DNA of 64,000 nucleotides from a bacterium (GTDB lineage: Bacteria; Bacillota; Clostridia; Lachnospirales; Lachnospiraceae): positions 2,820 through 66,819 of the forward strand of contig JAUNGR010000002.1 of assembly GCA_030524485.1 (NCBI GenBank), written 5' to 3'. The translations under genes were made by a program, and so were the position numbers. Under the pieces are notes generated by a model. The model had not been told where the DNA came from, ran no database searches, and saw only the letters and a program-made list of their open reading frames with translations. Positions 16,106-24,700 of the stretch are shown one piece after another; the stretch's first letter is position 1, and each line of letters opens with the position of its first letter.

Positions 16106-17437
16106 ATGGAACGATTGGTGTTGAAGCAACTCGTTAATTGGAAGAATTCTCCATATAGAAAGCCTTTGATAGTTAAAGGAGTTCGCCAAGTAGGAAAGAC
16201 TTGGATCTTAAAAGAATTTGGCAGAAGATATTATAAGAATGTGGCGTATTTCAATTTTGATGAGAATGAGGAATACAAGCAGTTCTTTGAGACTACAAAA
16301 GATGTGAATCGTATCCTTCAGAATCTTAGGTTTGCCAGTGGTCAGAAAATATCTCCAGAAGATACTCTGATTGTCTTTGATGAGGTTCAAGATAGTCCAA
16401 GGGTGATCAATTCCATGAAGTATTTTTGTGAAAATGCTTCTGAGTATCACATTGCTTGTGCAGGATCTCTTCTTGGAATTGCCCTTGCCAAGCCTTCCTC
16501 ATTTCCAGTAGGAAAAGTGAATTTTTTGCAGATTGACCCCATGACGTTTACAGAATTTTTGATGGCAAATGGAGATGAGAATCTAGTCTCATATCTGGAT
16601 AGCATTGATGTGATTGAACCGATGCCAGATGCTTTTTTAAATCCCCTATATGAAAAATTAAAAATGTATTATGTCACAGGGGGAATGCCAGAAGCTGTAA
16701 AGATGTGGACGGAAGCTAGAGATATCGCTGCCACGCAGGAAGTTCTAGCAAACATTGTGGATGCGTATGAGAGAGATTTTGCAAAACATCCAAGTGTGAG
16801 TGAGTTTCCTAAAATTTCAATGGTTTGGAAATCCATTCCTTCTCAGCTTGCAAGAGAAAACAAGAAATTTATCTACAAAGTAGTCAAAGAAGGAGCTAGA
16901 GCTAGAGAATACGAGGATGCATTGCAATGGCTAGTAGATGCTAGATTGGTGCATAAGATATATCGAAGTACAGCTCCAAGGCTTCCTGTTTCTGCCTATG
17001 ATGACTTGTCAGCATTTAAGATATATCTTGTGGATGTGGGACTGTTGCGTAGACTTGCCTTACTGGCACCAACCGCCTTTGCTGAAGGAAATCGCTTATT
17101 TACAGAATTTAAAGGGGCATTAACAGAAAACTATGTGTTGCAGACATTGCTTACGCAATTTGAGTCAACTCCTAGATATTGGAGTCAGAGTAACCCACCA
17201 TACGAAGTGGACTTTTTGATTCAGAGAGAAAATGATATTTTCCCTGTGGAGGTGAAAGCGGAGACAAATACAAAAAGCAAAAGCCTCAAAAAATTCAAAG
17301 AAGTATTTGGGGATGATGTCAGTCTGCGGATTCGTTTTTCTTTGGATAATTTGAGGAAGGATGACGACATGTTAAATATCCCTCTTTTTTTGGCAGATCA
17401 TACAGAGCGTTTAATCGCAATTGCATTAGGTAAATAA
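16106..17437 (+). CDS. AAA-family ATPase with DUF4143-type C-terminal region
   Basis: Walker A in VKGVRQVGKTW and Walker B in LIVFDEVQ. RBS AGAGGAG 8 nt before ATG 16106. Confidence 0.85.
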   Translation: MERLVLKQLVNWKNSPYRKPLIVKGVRQVGKTWILKEFGRRYYKNVAYFNFDENEEYKQFFETTKDVNRILQNLRFASGQKISPEDTLIVFDEVQDSPRVINSMKYFCENASEYHIACAGSLLGIALAKPSSFPVGKVNFLQIDPMTFTEFLMANGDENLVSYLDSIDVIEPMPDAFLNPLYEKLKMYYVTGGMPEAVKMWTEARDIAATQEVLANIVDAYERDFAKHPSVSEFPKISMVWKSIPSQLARENKKFIYKVVKEGARAREYEDALQWLVDARLVHKIYRSTAPRLPVSAYDDLSAFKIYLVDVGLLRRLALLAPTAFAEGNRLFTEFKGALTENYVLQTLLTQFESTPRYWSQSNPPYEVDFLIQRENDIFPVEVKAETNTKSKSLKKFKEVFGDDVSLRIRFSLDNLRKDDDMLNIPLFLADHTERLIAIALGK

Positions 17438-17443
17438 GAAAAA

Positions 17444-17487
17444 GGGATACCGAAGACAAATTGTTTGTCTTCGATATCCCTAATTTT
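17444..17487. terminator. 17-bp hairpin between the convergent ATPase and paralog C genes
   Basis: GGGATACCGAAGACAAA ttg TTTGTCTTCGATATCCC followed by TAATTTT. Confidence 0.7.
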
Positions 17488-17520
17488 AACGCTTAACTAT
17501 CGTAAAACTATGACAGAATA

Positions 17521-18975
17521 TTAGTCAAAGTATGGTGCACTTGCAGCAACATTGTCTAATACTGGAGTAACAGTATTGTCATCACTATCTTGGAAGGTGA
17601 TGTTGCCGCTCTTATCGATCACTGCGTGATCAATACCATCAACATTCTCGATTGTGTACTCCTTGGAAGTAGACTCCTGGATCTTACCCTTTGTATCTAC
17701 AATGTAAGCCTTGTCATTAACTACTACATAACGATAATCATCGGAAGCATCCTGTCTTCTACCCTTGTAGTACAGATAGCCGTCCTTCTCGCCAGTAACG
17801 CCCTTACCCTTGCCAGCGTTGTTGGTGTTGAAGTAGTATGTAGACTCGTCATCGCCATCCTCTACGCCAGTAATCTTACCGGTCTTCATGTAACCGTCCT
17901 CATCGAAGTAGTATACTGCGTAATCATCGCCATCTTTGATAGCCTGCTTGCCAGTCTTCATACGGCCTAAGGTATCGAATGCGAAGTACTTTTCTTCCAG
18001 TTTCAGCTTAACGATAGTCTTTGTGTATACAGAACCATCTTCTGTTGTTGTCTGACCAACTACACCCTTGTAATCAACAGGAGTTGCATCAGAAGTAGAA
18101 GCATATTTTGCCTTACCATCTTTCAGGTAGTACCAGTTGGCATCATCCTGCTGGCCAGTTGCGTTTGGTCCTTCAACCTTAATGAAACCGGTTACACGAG
18201 AACCGTTGGACTGATTGAAGAAGTATTTAACATCTGTGATATCATCAGCGTCAGAAGCGGAAGCATCATCAATGCTGTCATTTGTCCAGTCAGCGATACG
18301 AACCCAGCCGTAGCTCATCTGGCCATACTCATTGAAAGCATATGTTTTGCCGTTGATCTGCTTCTCTGTGCTCTCCACACGAGCACCGTTGGAGTCAAAG
18401 TAGTACCAAGCCTCTGTATCGTAATAATCACCGATTTCCTCGTCAACATCGTCCTCGTCTGTAGCTGTTTCTAACCATAACCATCCAGACTTTCTAGCAC
18501 CGTCATCTTCGTCGCCGTAGTAATATACCTTGTCATCGACCTCCTGCCAGCCATCTAACATTTTGCCGTCATCATCGAAACGATAGTATTTACCGTTGAT
18601 CTTCAGCTCTTTGCCAGTAACTTTCTTACCTTTGTTATTGAAGTAGAACCAAGCCTCACCGTCATCCTCTGGATCATCCGAATCATCTAACATAGTCTTA
18701 ACCCAAGCGTTGGTTACCATAGCACCGTTTGGTCCTACGTAGTACTCATCGTCTACCCAAGAGCTGGTTAACATCTCGCCCTCATCGCCTAAGTAGAAGT
18801 AGGAACTGCCATCTCTCTTCCACTCATTTGTTACCATCTCGCCTTCGCTATCGTAATAATAGAACGTACCATTCTCATTTACCCAGCCTGTAGCTGCGAA
18901 AGAAGTCATGGATGCACCGATAGCCAACAGAGCTGCTGCAGAAAGAACTGCAACTAATTTAGTCTGCTTTCTCAT
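17521..18975 (-). CDS. Acidic secreted cell-wall-binding-repeat protein, paralog C (close copy of A, opposite strand)
   Basis: Identical signal peptide. By eye 85-90% aa identity to A over the full length. Confidence 0.85.
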   Translation of the reverse strand: MRKQTKLVAVLSAAALLAIGASMTSFAATGWVNENGTFYYYDSEGEMVTNEWKRDGSSYFYLGDEGEMLTSSWVDDEYYVGPNGAMVTNAWVKTMLDDSDDPEDDGEAWFYFNNKGKKVTGKELKINGKYYRFDDDGKMLDGWQEVDDKVYYYGDEDDGARKSGWLWLETATDEDDVDEEIGDYYDTEAWYYFDSNGARVESTEKQINGKTYAFNEYGQMSYGWVRIADWTNDSIDDASASDADDITDVKYFFNQSNGSRVTGFIKVEGPNATGQQDDANWYYLKDGKAKYASTSDATPVDYKGVVGQTTTEDGSVYTKTIVKLKLEEKYFAFDTLGRMKTGKQAIKDGDDYAVYYFDEDGYMKTGKITGVEDGDDESTYYFNTNNAGKGKGVTGEKDGYLYYKGRRQDASDDYRYVVVNDKAYIVDTKGKIQESTSKEYTIENVDGIDHAVIDKSGNITFQDSDDNTVTPVLDNVAASAPYFD

Positions 18976-19044
18976 GATAAATGCACTCTCCTTTTTTTCT
19001 TCTCGAAATCTCTTTGAAATTTCTAAATACTGCATTACGAAGTC

Positions 19045-19073
19045 ATTATACTTCCTAAAAAAGAAATTATAAA
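19045..19073 (-). promoter_or_regulatory. Promoter of paralog C
   Basis: On the - strand: TTTATA, 17 nt, TATAAT. Homologous to the paralog A promoter. Confidence 0.5.
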
Positions 19074-19234
19074 AAATAGGCATTAGTATTGATTTTTGAT
19101 TCTTAATATGCTAAAATAAAGTTACAAGAAAAGAAAAAAATAGGTAAAAAAGAGAAAAAATATCTTATTAAGATATCAAAAAGAGAAAAAAGTTGACACT
19201 CCCCCTAGCAAAAGCCAAGAAAGTGCCAACAAAC

Positions 19235-20593
19235 CTAAGAAATCCCCTTTTTCTGTTTGGAGATGAGAATCTTTCTCACCATAAAGACGCAGTAGCATAA
19301 GGCGAATCCCCATGCCAATGGGTTTGCATAGCAGATAGCTGGAAAGCCGAAGCCATGCAGAGCCAACCAGCCGCCAAAGGCTCTTCCGAGAAGTTCACCG
19401 ATACCAGATAGGATGGCGGGAATGCTATATCCCAGTCCCTGAAGCACGTTTCTAAAAATCATCAGGGAGCCATGAATGATAAAGAGAGTGCTAATCAGTG
19501 TGAGGTACTGCACGGCGAGGGTGCTGACTTCCACGGAGGTATCTCCCAAGACAAAATACACCAGAGGTCTTTTGAGGAAAAAGAGGGCTATCCATGCAAA
19601 GACACAGTAGACGGCCTGAATCAGCAGACCGTTTCGGATTCCGCTGTGAATTCTATCCAGCTTTTTTGCACCATAATTCTGACCGGTGTAGGTTGCCATT
19701 GCCATACCGACGCTTTCCATGGGCAGAGTGAACATCTGGCGGATTTTTTCTCCGGCAGTTTGGGCGGCAACGGCAGCACTGCCGAGGCGATTGATAGCAT
19801 TTTGCATGACCACGGCACCGATAGCGGAGACGGAGTACTCAAAGCCCATAGGCAGTCCGATGAAGCAGAGCTGCTTTGCGTGTTGTTTGGAGAGAGCAAA
19901 GTCCTGTTTTTGAATGCGTATCAAAGAGACATGGAAAAAGAGCCACCAAATATTGAGCAAGGCACTTACTAGCTGACTTAGGATGGTTGCCCAAGCGGCA
20001 CCGCCTATGCCCATCTGCAGCGGCACCAAGAATACATAATCCAGAGCGATGTTTAAGATACTGGAAAAAAGCAGAAAGTAAAAGGGATGTTTGGAGTCCC
20101 CTATGGCTCTTAACACGCTGGAGGAGTAGTTGTATAAAATGCTGGCAGGTATGCCCAGAAAGATAATCTGGATGTAACATGCGGCCATGGAGAAGATGTC
20201 TTCTGGTGTGTGCATTAGTCTCAGGAGCGGAGTGGCGAGAAGCAGCATTCCACAGGTAAACAAAACTGTCATAAGACAGCAGAGCCAGAAGCCATTCCAA
20301 AGATAGCGGTGCAAATCATCCATGTCTTTCGCACCAAAGCTCTGAGCGATGGGGATGCCGAAGCCGATGCAAGCTCCCTGTACAAAGCCTAGAGTCAAAA
20401 AGTGCAAAGAGTAGGTGGAGCCGACAGCGGCCAAGGCATCGACTCCTAGAAAGCGGCCAACCATCACTGTATCGGCAAAGCTGTAGAGCTGTTGAAAGAG
20501 TGTGCCGAATATTAAAGGCAGTGCAAAAAGAAAAATTTGTAGCAGGGGATTGCCAGACGTTAAATCTGTGCTAGATTGTTTGTTTTTTTCCAT
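19235..20593 (-). CDS. MATE family efflux transporter
   Basis: 452 aa, about 12 TM segments. N-terminus LLQIFLFALPLIFGTLFQQLYSFADTVMVGRFLG is typical of MATE/NorM. Confidence 0.9.
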   Translation of the reverse strand: MEKNKQSSTDLTSGNPLLQIFLFALPLIFGTLFQQLYSFADTVMVGRFLGVDALAAVGSTYSLHFLTLGFVQGACIGFGIPIAQSFGAKDMDDLHRYLWNGFWLCCLMTVLFTCGMLLLATPLLRLMHTPEDIFSMAACYIQIIFLGIPASILYNYSSSVLRAIGDSKHPFYFLLFSSILNIALDYVFLVPLQMGIGGAAWATILSQLVSALLNIWWLFFHVSLIRIQKQDFALSKQHAKQLCFIGLPMGFEYSVSAIGAVVMQNAINRLGSAAVAAQTAGEKIRQMFTLPMESVGMAMATYTGQNYGAKKLDRIHSGIRNGLLIQAVYCVFAWIALFFLKRPLVYFVLGDTSVEVSTLAVQYLTLISTLFIIHGSLMIFRNVLQGLGYSIPAILSGIGELLGRAFGGWLALHGFGFPAICYANPLAWGFALCYCVFMVRKILISKQKKGIS

Positions 20594-20665
20594 AAAAGTA
20601 CCTCATTGTAACACGTAATTGATACAAATCTTCTTAATTGTATTTCAGAAAGCCAAAAACTAGAT

Positions 20666-21616
20666 TTAAACAATACAAGTTGTGCGATTCAGCCAATCTA
20701 AAATATCGTGATATACGCTTGCTTTGTCCAGTTCATTTAAAATTTCATGCCGGTCGTTTGGGTAAAGCTTTAGCGATACCGATTGAATGCCGGCCTTTTT
20801 GTATTGTTGGGCTACTTGCCTAACTCCTTTGCCACAGTTTCCCACAGGGTCTGCTTCTCCGGATACCAGAAGGAGAGGGAGGTCTTTGGGGATTCTTTGG
20901 CGTTGCTTTTTGGAGCAAAGAGTCAACATTCCGCAGAACATATGATAGTAGGCATTAGCAGTGAAAATAAAGGTACACCAAGGGTCAGCAGCATAGGCAG
21001 CTACTTGGTTCGCATCACGACTCAACCAGTCATAGTCGGTCTGTACCGGACGGAAACGGCGGTTGTAGGAGCCAAAGGCAAGATTATTCAAAAAAACACT
21101 GCGATGTCTCTCGCCCTTCAAAAGCATAACGCCTTTACAGAGACAAATGGCAGGGAGTAAAACGGAGGCAGGGAGATTTCCAGTTCCCATAAGAATGGCT
21201 CCGCTCAAGCCCTCTACGGTTGTGTCTGGACCGTACACTTGTAAATATTGGCGAAGGAGAAAAGAACCCATACTGTGACCAAGCATATAGTAGGGAGTAT
21301 GGGGGAAGTGTTTGCGTACTTTTAAGAAGAGGCGGCGAATGTCTCTAATCAGGATGGCATTGCCCTGCGTTTTGTGAAAATAGCCTCTGTCTTCCTCAGT
21401 CTGAACGGAGGCACCATGACCAAGATGGTCATGTCCCACAACCAAGTAGCCTTGTTCACAGAGAAAAGAGGCAAAGGCGTGGTAGCGTTCGATGTGTTCG
21501 GTCATGCCGTGACAGATTTGCAGGATGCCACGAGGTGGTTGTTGGGGGAGCCAAGCAAGAACGTGGATTTTGGTTTTTTGGTCACACGAAAGAAAATAAA
21601 ATTCTTTTTTTATCAT
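20666..21616 (-). CDS. Alpha/beta hydrolase (lysophospholipase / monoacylglycerol-lipase-like)
   Basis: Oxyanion region CHGMTEH and nucleophile elbow GHSMGS. ATG 21616 is preceded by GGAG. Confidence 0.85.
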   Translation of the reverse strand: MIKKEFYFLSCDQKTKIHVLAWLPQQPPRGILQICHGMTEHIERYHAFASFLCEQGYLVVGHDHLGHGASVQTEEDRGYFHKTQGNAILIRDIRRLFLKVRKHFPHTPYYMLGHSMGSFLLRQYLQVYGPDTTVEGLSGAILMGTGNLPASVLLPAICLCKGVMLLKGERHRSVFLNNLAFGSYNRRFRPVQTDYDWLSRDANQVAAYAADPWCTFIFTANAYYHMFCGMLTLCSKKQRQRIPKDLPLLLVSGEADPVGNCGKGVRQVAQQYKKAGIQSVSLKLYPNDRHEILNELDKASVYHDILDWLNRTTCIV

Positions 21617-21709
21617 AATAAAAATAATCTCCTTTTTTGTGGTTTTGAACAATGAATTTGCCTTAAGGGGCATAAAAAGATGTTGGGGTCAAAAGGTATT
21701 TTGGAGGGG

Positions 21710-21795
21710 CCAAGTTCAAAAATCCTCTTGCAAGCAAGTTTGCATCGGATTTTGTGACCTTTTGACTCTGGTATCATAAAAATAGTATAACATAG
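21710..21795 (-). repeat. Promoter-hairpin-U-tract module, copy 1 (candidate small RNA or attenuator)
   Basis: On the - strand: TGTTATACT (extended -10), then TATGATACCAG, then the hairpin AAAATCC...GGATTTTT. About 93% identical over 68 nt to the inverted copy at 32045-32113. Confidence 0.55.
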
Positions 21796-21816
21796 TTTCC
21801 GTTGGAAGACACAAAG

Positions 21817-22812
21817 ATGTTGCAAAAAATTCAAATATACACACAAACAAAAGAGGAGATGATAAGTTTGAGACGAAAGACAGAGGAAAACCGTGTGCAA
21901 AATACGGTACAACAACTAAAACGAAGTACAGCAGAAGAAGCGAGAATCTTAAAAAAAAATCAGGAAAAGGAGGTAGAACAGCAGGAAACACCGAAAGAAG
22001 AAAGCGAGAGAAAGCTACAGGAATTTGCAGATTATCTTCAATGGAATCACAAGTCAGAGAATACAATTCGTGCGTATCAGTATGCCATACAACAATTCTT
22101 TCAGAGATATTCAAGTACGGCAGAGGGAAATCTTCAGATGTACAAGTTATATTTGGTGGAACATTACAAACCTCAAACTATCAACCTGAGAATTCGAGCT
22201 ATTAATTCTTATCTGGAATATGAGGGAGAAGCGATTCACCTGACTATGGTAAGAGTACAACAAAAGATGTATCTGGAACATGTTATCAGCGAGGCAGATT
22301 ATGAGTACCTGAAACAGTGCCTGATGCGGGACGGAGATTGGTTGTATTATTTTTTGATACGCTTTATGGCGACAACAGGAATGCGAGTGAGTGAGGTCAC
22401 ACAGCTCATGGTGGAGGATGTACGAAGAGGAGAAAGGGATTTATATTCCAAGGACAACAAAGTGAGACGGATTTACATTCCAAAATGCCTGAAACAGGAT
22501 GCTATCCAATGGCTCAGACGGGAAGAGCGGGATAGTGGTCCTGTTTTTTTAAATGAAAAACAACAATTGCTGACAGCCGCTGCCATTCGGGGGCGGCTTA
22601 AAAAATTTGCGGTTTTGTATGGCATTTCGGAAAAAGTGTTGTATCCACACTCATTTCGGCATCGCTTTGCCAAGAGTTTTATTGAACGCTGTGGAGATAT
22701 CTCCCTGCTTTCGGATTTGTTGGGGCATGAAAGCATAGAGACGACAAGAATCTATCTGCGTAGAACCAGCACGGAACAGCAGCGGATTGTGAATCAGATT
22801 GTGGACTGGTGA
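21817..22812 (+). CDS. Tyrosine recombinase (XerC/D-like) with a Lys/Glu-rich N-terminal extension
   Basis: Catalytic signature ATTGMRVSE (R), HSFRHRF (HxxR) and GHESIETTRIY (H..Y). The start could be TTG 21802. Confidence 0.85.
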   Translation: MLQKIQIYTQTKEEMISLRRKTEENRVQNTVQQLKRSTAEEARILKKNQEKEVEQQETPKEESERKLQEFADYLQWNHKSENTIRAYQYAIQQFFQRYSSTAEGNLQMYKLYLVEHYKPQTINLRIRAINSYLEYEGEAIHLTMVRVQQKMYLEHVISEADYEYLKQCLMRDGDWLYYFLIRFMATTGMRVSEVTQLMVEDVRRGERDLYSKDNKVRRIYIPKCLKQDAIQWLRREERDSGPVFLNEKQQLLTAAAIRGRLKKFAVLYGISEKVLYPHSFRHRFAKSFIERCGDISLLSDLLGHESIETTRIYLRRTSTEQQRIVNQIVDW

Positions 22813-22829
22813 GGAAAAGGAGGAAGCGT

Positions 22830-23756
22830 ATGGAGAAAAAGGATATGGTTTTGACACGGGAGCGAAAGAAAGAAGATAAGGCAGAAAAGGAGAGAAAGGA
22901 GCCGTTTGAGAACGATTTGGAGGCTTTTTTGAGCCATCTTAGAAAAAAGGGCTTTTCTAAGAACACGACTACGAGCTACTGCATTGCCATCAAAGATTTT
23001 TTGGCTTTGTATTCGGAACTCTCAGTCAAAAATCTGGAGAGTTATCGTTGGCACCTGCTGAAAAGCTATCGGGCGAGTTCCGTGAATGTCAAGATAAGTG
23101 CCATCAATCATTTTTTGAAGTATCTGATGAGTCAGGAACCTTATAGAAGTGCAGAGCCAGTTCCAGAGTGGCGGGGGTATCTTCTACAAACCGTGGACAT
23201 CCAAAAGGTTTCTTTTGTGGAGAATGTGATTTCACAGGAGGACTATGAGAAGATGAAAAAGGGGCTGAAGGAGGAAGGAGAGGATAGATGGTATTTTCTG
23301 GTGAGGTATTTGGCAGGAACTGGAGCCAGAGTCAGTGAGGTGATTCAGATAAAAGCCGAGCATGTGAAGTTAGGTTATGTGGATTTGTACTCAAAGGGCG
23401 GAAAGATTCGTAGGATTTTTTTTCCAGAATGTCTGGTTTTGGAGACTTTGGATTGGTTGGAGAGAGAAAAAAGAGAGAGTGGTTTTTTGTTTTTGAATCG
23501 GGGTGGAAAACAAATCACTCCCAGAGGAATCAACTGCCAACTGAAGCAGATAGCACTTCGCTATCAAATCAATCCAGATACCGTGTATGCCCATTCATTT
23601 CGGCATCTCTTTGCCAAGAATTTTTTACAGAAAATGAATGACATAGCCCTGCTTTCGGACTTGATGGGGCATGAGAGCATAGAGACGACCAGAGTGTATC
23701 TCAAAAAATCGACAATGGAGCAGAGGGAGTTGATTGATAAGATTATAACATGGTAA
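22830..23756 (+). CDS. Second tyrosine recombinase, in tandem with the first
   Basis: AGTGARVSE, HSFRHLF, GHESIETTRVY. RBS AAAGGAGGA lies just after the stop codon of the upstream gene. Confidence 0.85.
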   Translation: MEKKDMVLTRERKKEDKAEKERKEPFENDLEAFLSHLRKKGFSKNTTTSYCIAIKDFLALYSELSVKNLESYRWHLLKSYRASSVNVKISAINHFLKYLMSQEPYRSAEPVPEWRGYLLQTVDIQKVSFVENVISQEDYEKMKKGLKEEGEDRWYFLVRYLAGTGARVSEVIQIKAEHVKLGYVDLYSKGGKIRRIFFPECLVLETLDWLEREKRESGFLFLNRGGKQITPRGINCQLKQIALRYQINPDTVYAHSFRHLFAKNFLQKMNDIALLSDLMGHESIETTRVYLKKSTMEQRELIDKIITW

Positions 23757-23789
23757 AAATGAAATATTTATAAATTAACAAAAAATGAG

Positions 23790-23836
23790 TTGACAAGATG
23801 ACAGGTTGTCACTATAATGAGTGACAAGGTGTCATC
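23790..23836 (+). promoter_or_regulatory. Sigma-A promoter with an overlapping TetR-type operator
   Basis: TTGACA (23790-23795), 17 nt, TATAAT (23813-23818). Inverted 16-mers GATGACAGGTTGTCAC (23797-23812) and GTGACAAGGTGTCATC (23821-23836) flank the -10. Confidence 0.7.
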
Positions 23837-23952
23837 CAGCCGAAAAGGATAACTGCCGTGTGGAAGCGAACTGAGGTGGAAGCACGGCGTTTCCATGGTT
23901 TTGAAAGCGGTACGGGATGCTTGAAGAAAATAGGAAAATGAGAGGTGAGAGT

Positions 23953-24618
23953 ATGCCTACAGAGCGTTTTTGGCGGTTGGCAGAGGATAAAAAGAAGCTG
24001 ATTCGAGAGGCTGCAGTGAGGGAATTGTGCCGTGTACCCCTAAATAGTCTGTCTATCAATAAAATTATTCAGGATGCGGATATCTCAAGAGGAAGTTTTT
24101 ACACCTATTTTGAGGATAAGAGCGATCTGATTCGCTATCTGCTTTTAGAATTTGCGGATGAATTGGAGCAGTTTGCCGTAAAGATTATGGAGGAGAAGAA
24201 GGGAGATGTGTTTGCGGTAGCGGAGGAGATTTTGGAATTGGCAATGAAAAATTATCAAAAAGACGATGGCAGCAGACAGTTCTTTGAGAATGTGATTGCT
24301 AGTGCCGGTGAGATGGAGATTGTCAATGAAAAGATGAGGCAGGAGGCAGAGTGTGTCTATGGACATGAGAAAAGTTGGATTTCTACTTGGATTCGAGCAG
24401 AGCAAGGTCATGAGGAAGAAAGACTAGCGGCACTTCATATGCTGGAGGCCATTGTTTTTCAGGGATTGGTGATGTATCGGCTCAATGTCAAGAGTGCAGA
24501 AGAGATTTTGAAAAATTTCAAACTGAAGGTAAATATTGTCCGAAAGGGATTGGGGTTTGTATGCCGTGATGTGGATACATCCAATACAGAAAGAGAAGAG
24601 ACTCATCGGAAGCAATAA
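23953..24618 (+). CDS. TetR/AcrR family transcriptional regulator
   Basis: HTH SINKIIQDADISRGSFYTYFEDKSDL. GAGGTG 6 nt before ATG 23953. Confidence 0.85.
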   Translation: MPTERFWRLAEDKKKLIREAAVRELCRVPLNSLSINKIIQDADISRGSFYTYFEDKSDLIRYLLLEFADELEQFAVKIMEEKKGDVFAVAEEILELAMKNYQKDDGSRQFFENVIASAGEMEIVNEKMRQEAECVYGHEKSWISTWIRAEQGHEEERLAALHMLEAIVFQGLVMYRLNVKSAEEILKNFKLKVNIVRKGLGFVCRDVDTSNTEREETHRKQ

Positions 24619-24700
24619 GAGATGACAGTGAGAGATTTAAGAAGAAAGAGCGAAAAGAGAGGGCACTTCAAGAGAGAGTGCAAAGAAAAGGAGATTTTGT

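Noticed and set aside
12671-19073. Shufflon or silent-cassette antigenic variation system for the three wall-binding paralogs.
   Set aside because: Each paralog has its own complete promoter, leader, RBS and signal peptide, so none is a silent cassette. The recombinase genes are 2.7 kb away, separated by unrelated genes. Only generic homologous recombination is supported.
19160-19176. Perfect 8+1+8 palindrome ATATCTTA-T-TAAGATAT upstream of paralog C, as an operator or recombination site.
   Set aside because: It is AT-only, occurs once in the window, and has no counterpart upstream of paralogs A or B. It could equally be a chance palindrome or a weak MATE-gene terminator.
21613-21915. 100-aa ORF on the - strand, and the 64-aa ORF at 32019-32213, as real proteins because they share KSHKIRCKLACKRIFELG.
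   Set aside because: The similarity reflects a ~93% identical DNA repeat. Sequences diverge completely after the repeat, no Shine-Dalgarno is present, and the ORFs overlap neighbouring genuine genes. Only a weak micro-ORF possibility is kept, under findings.
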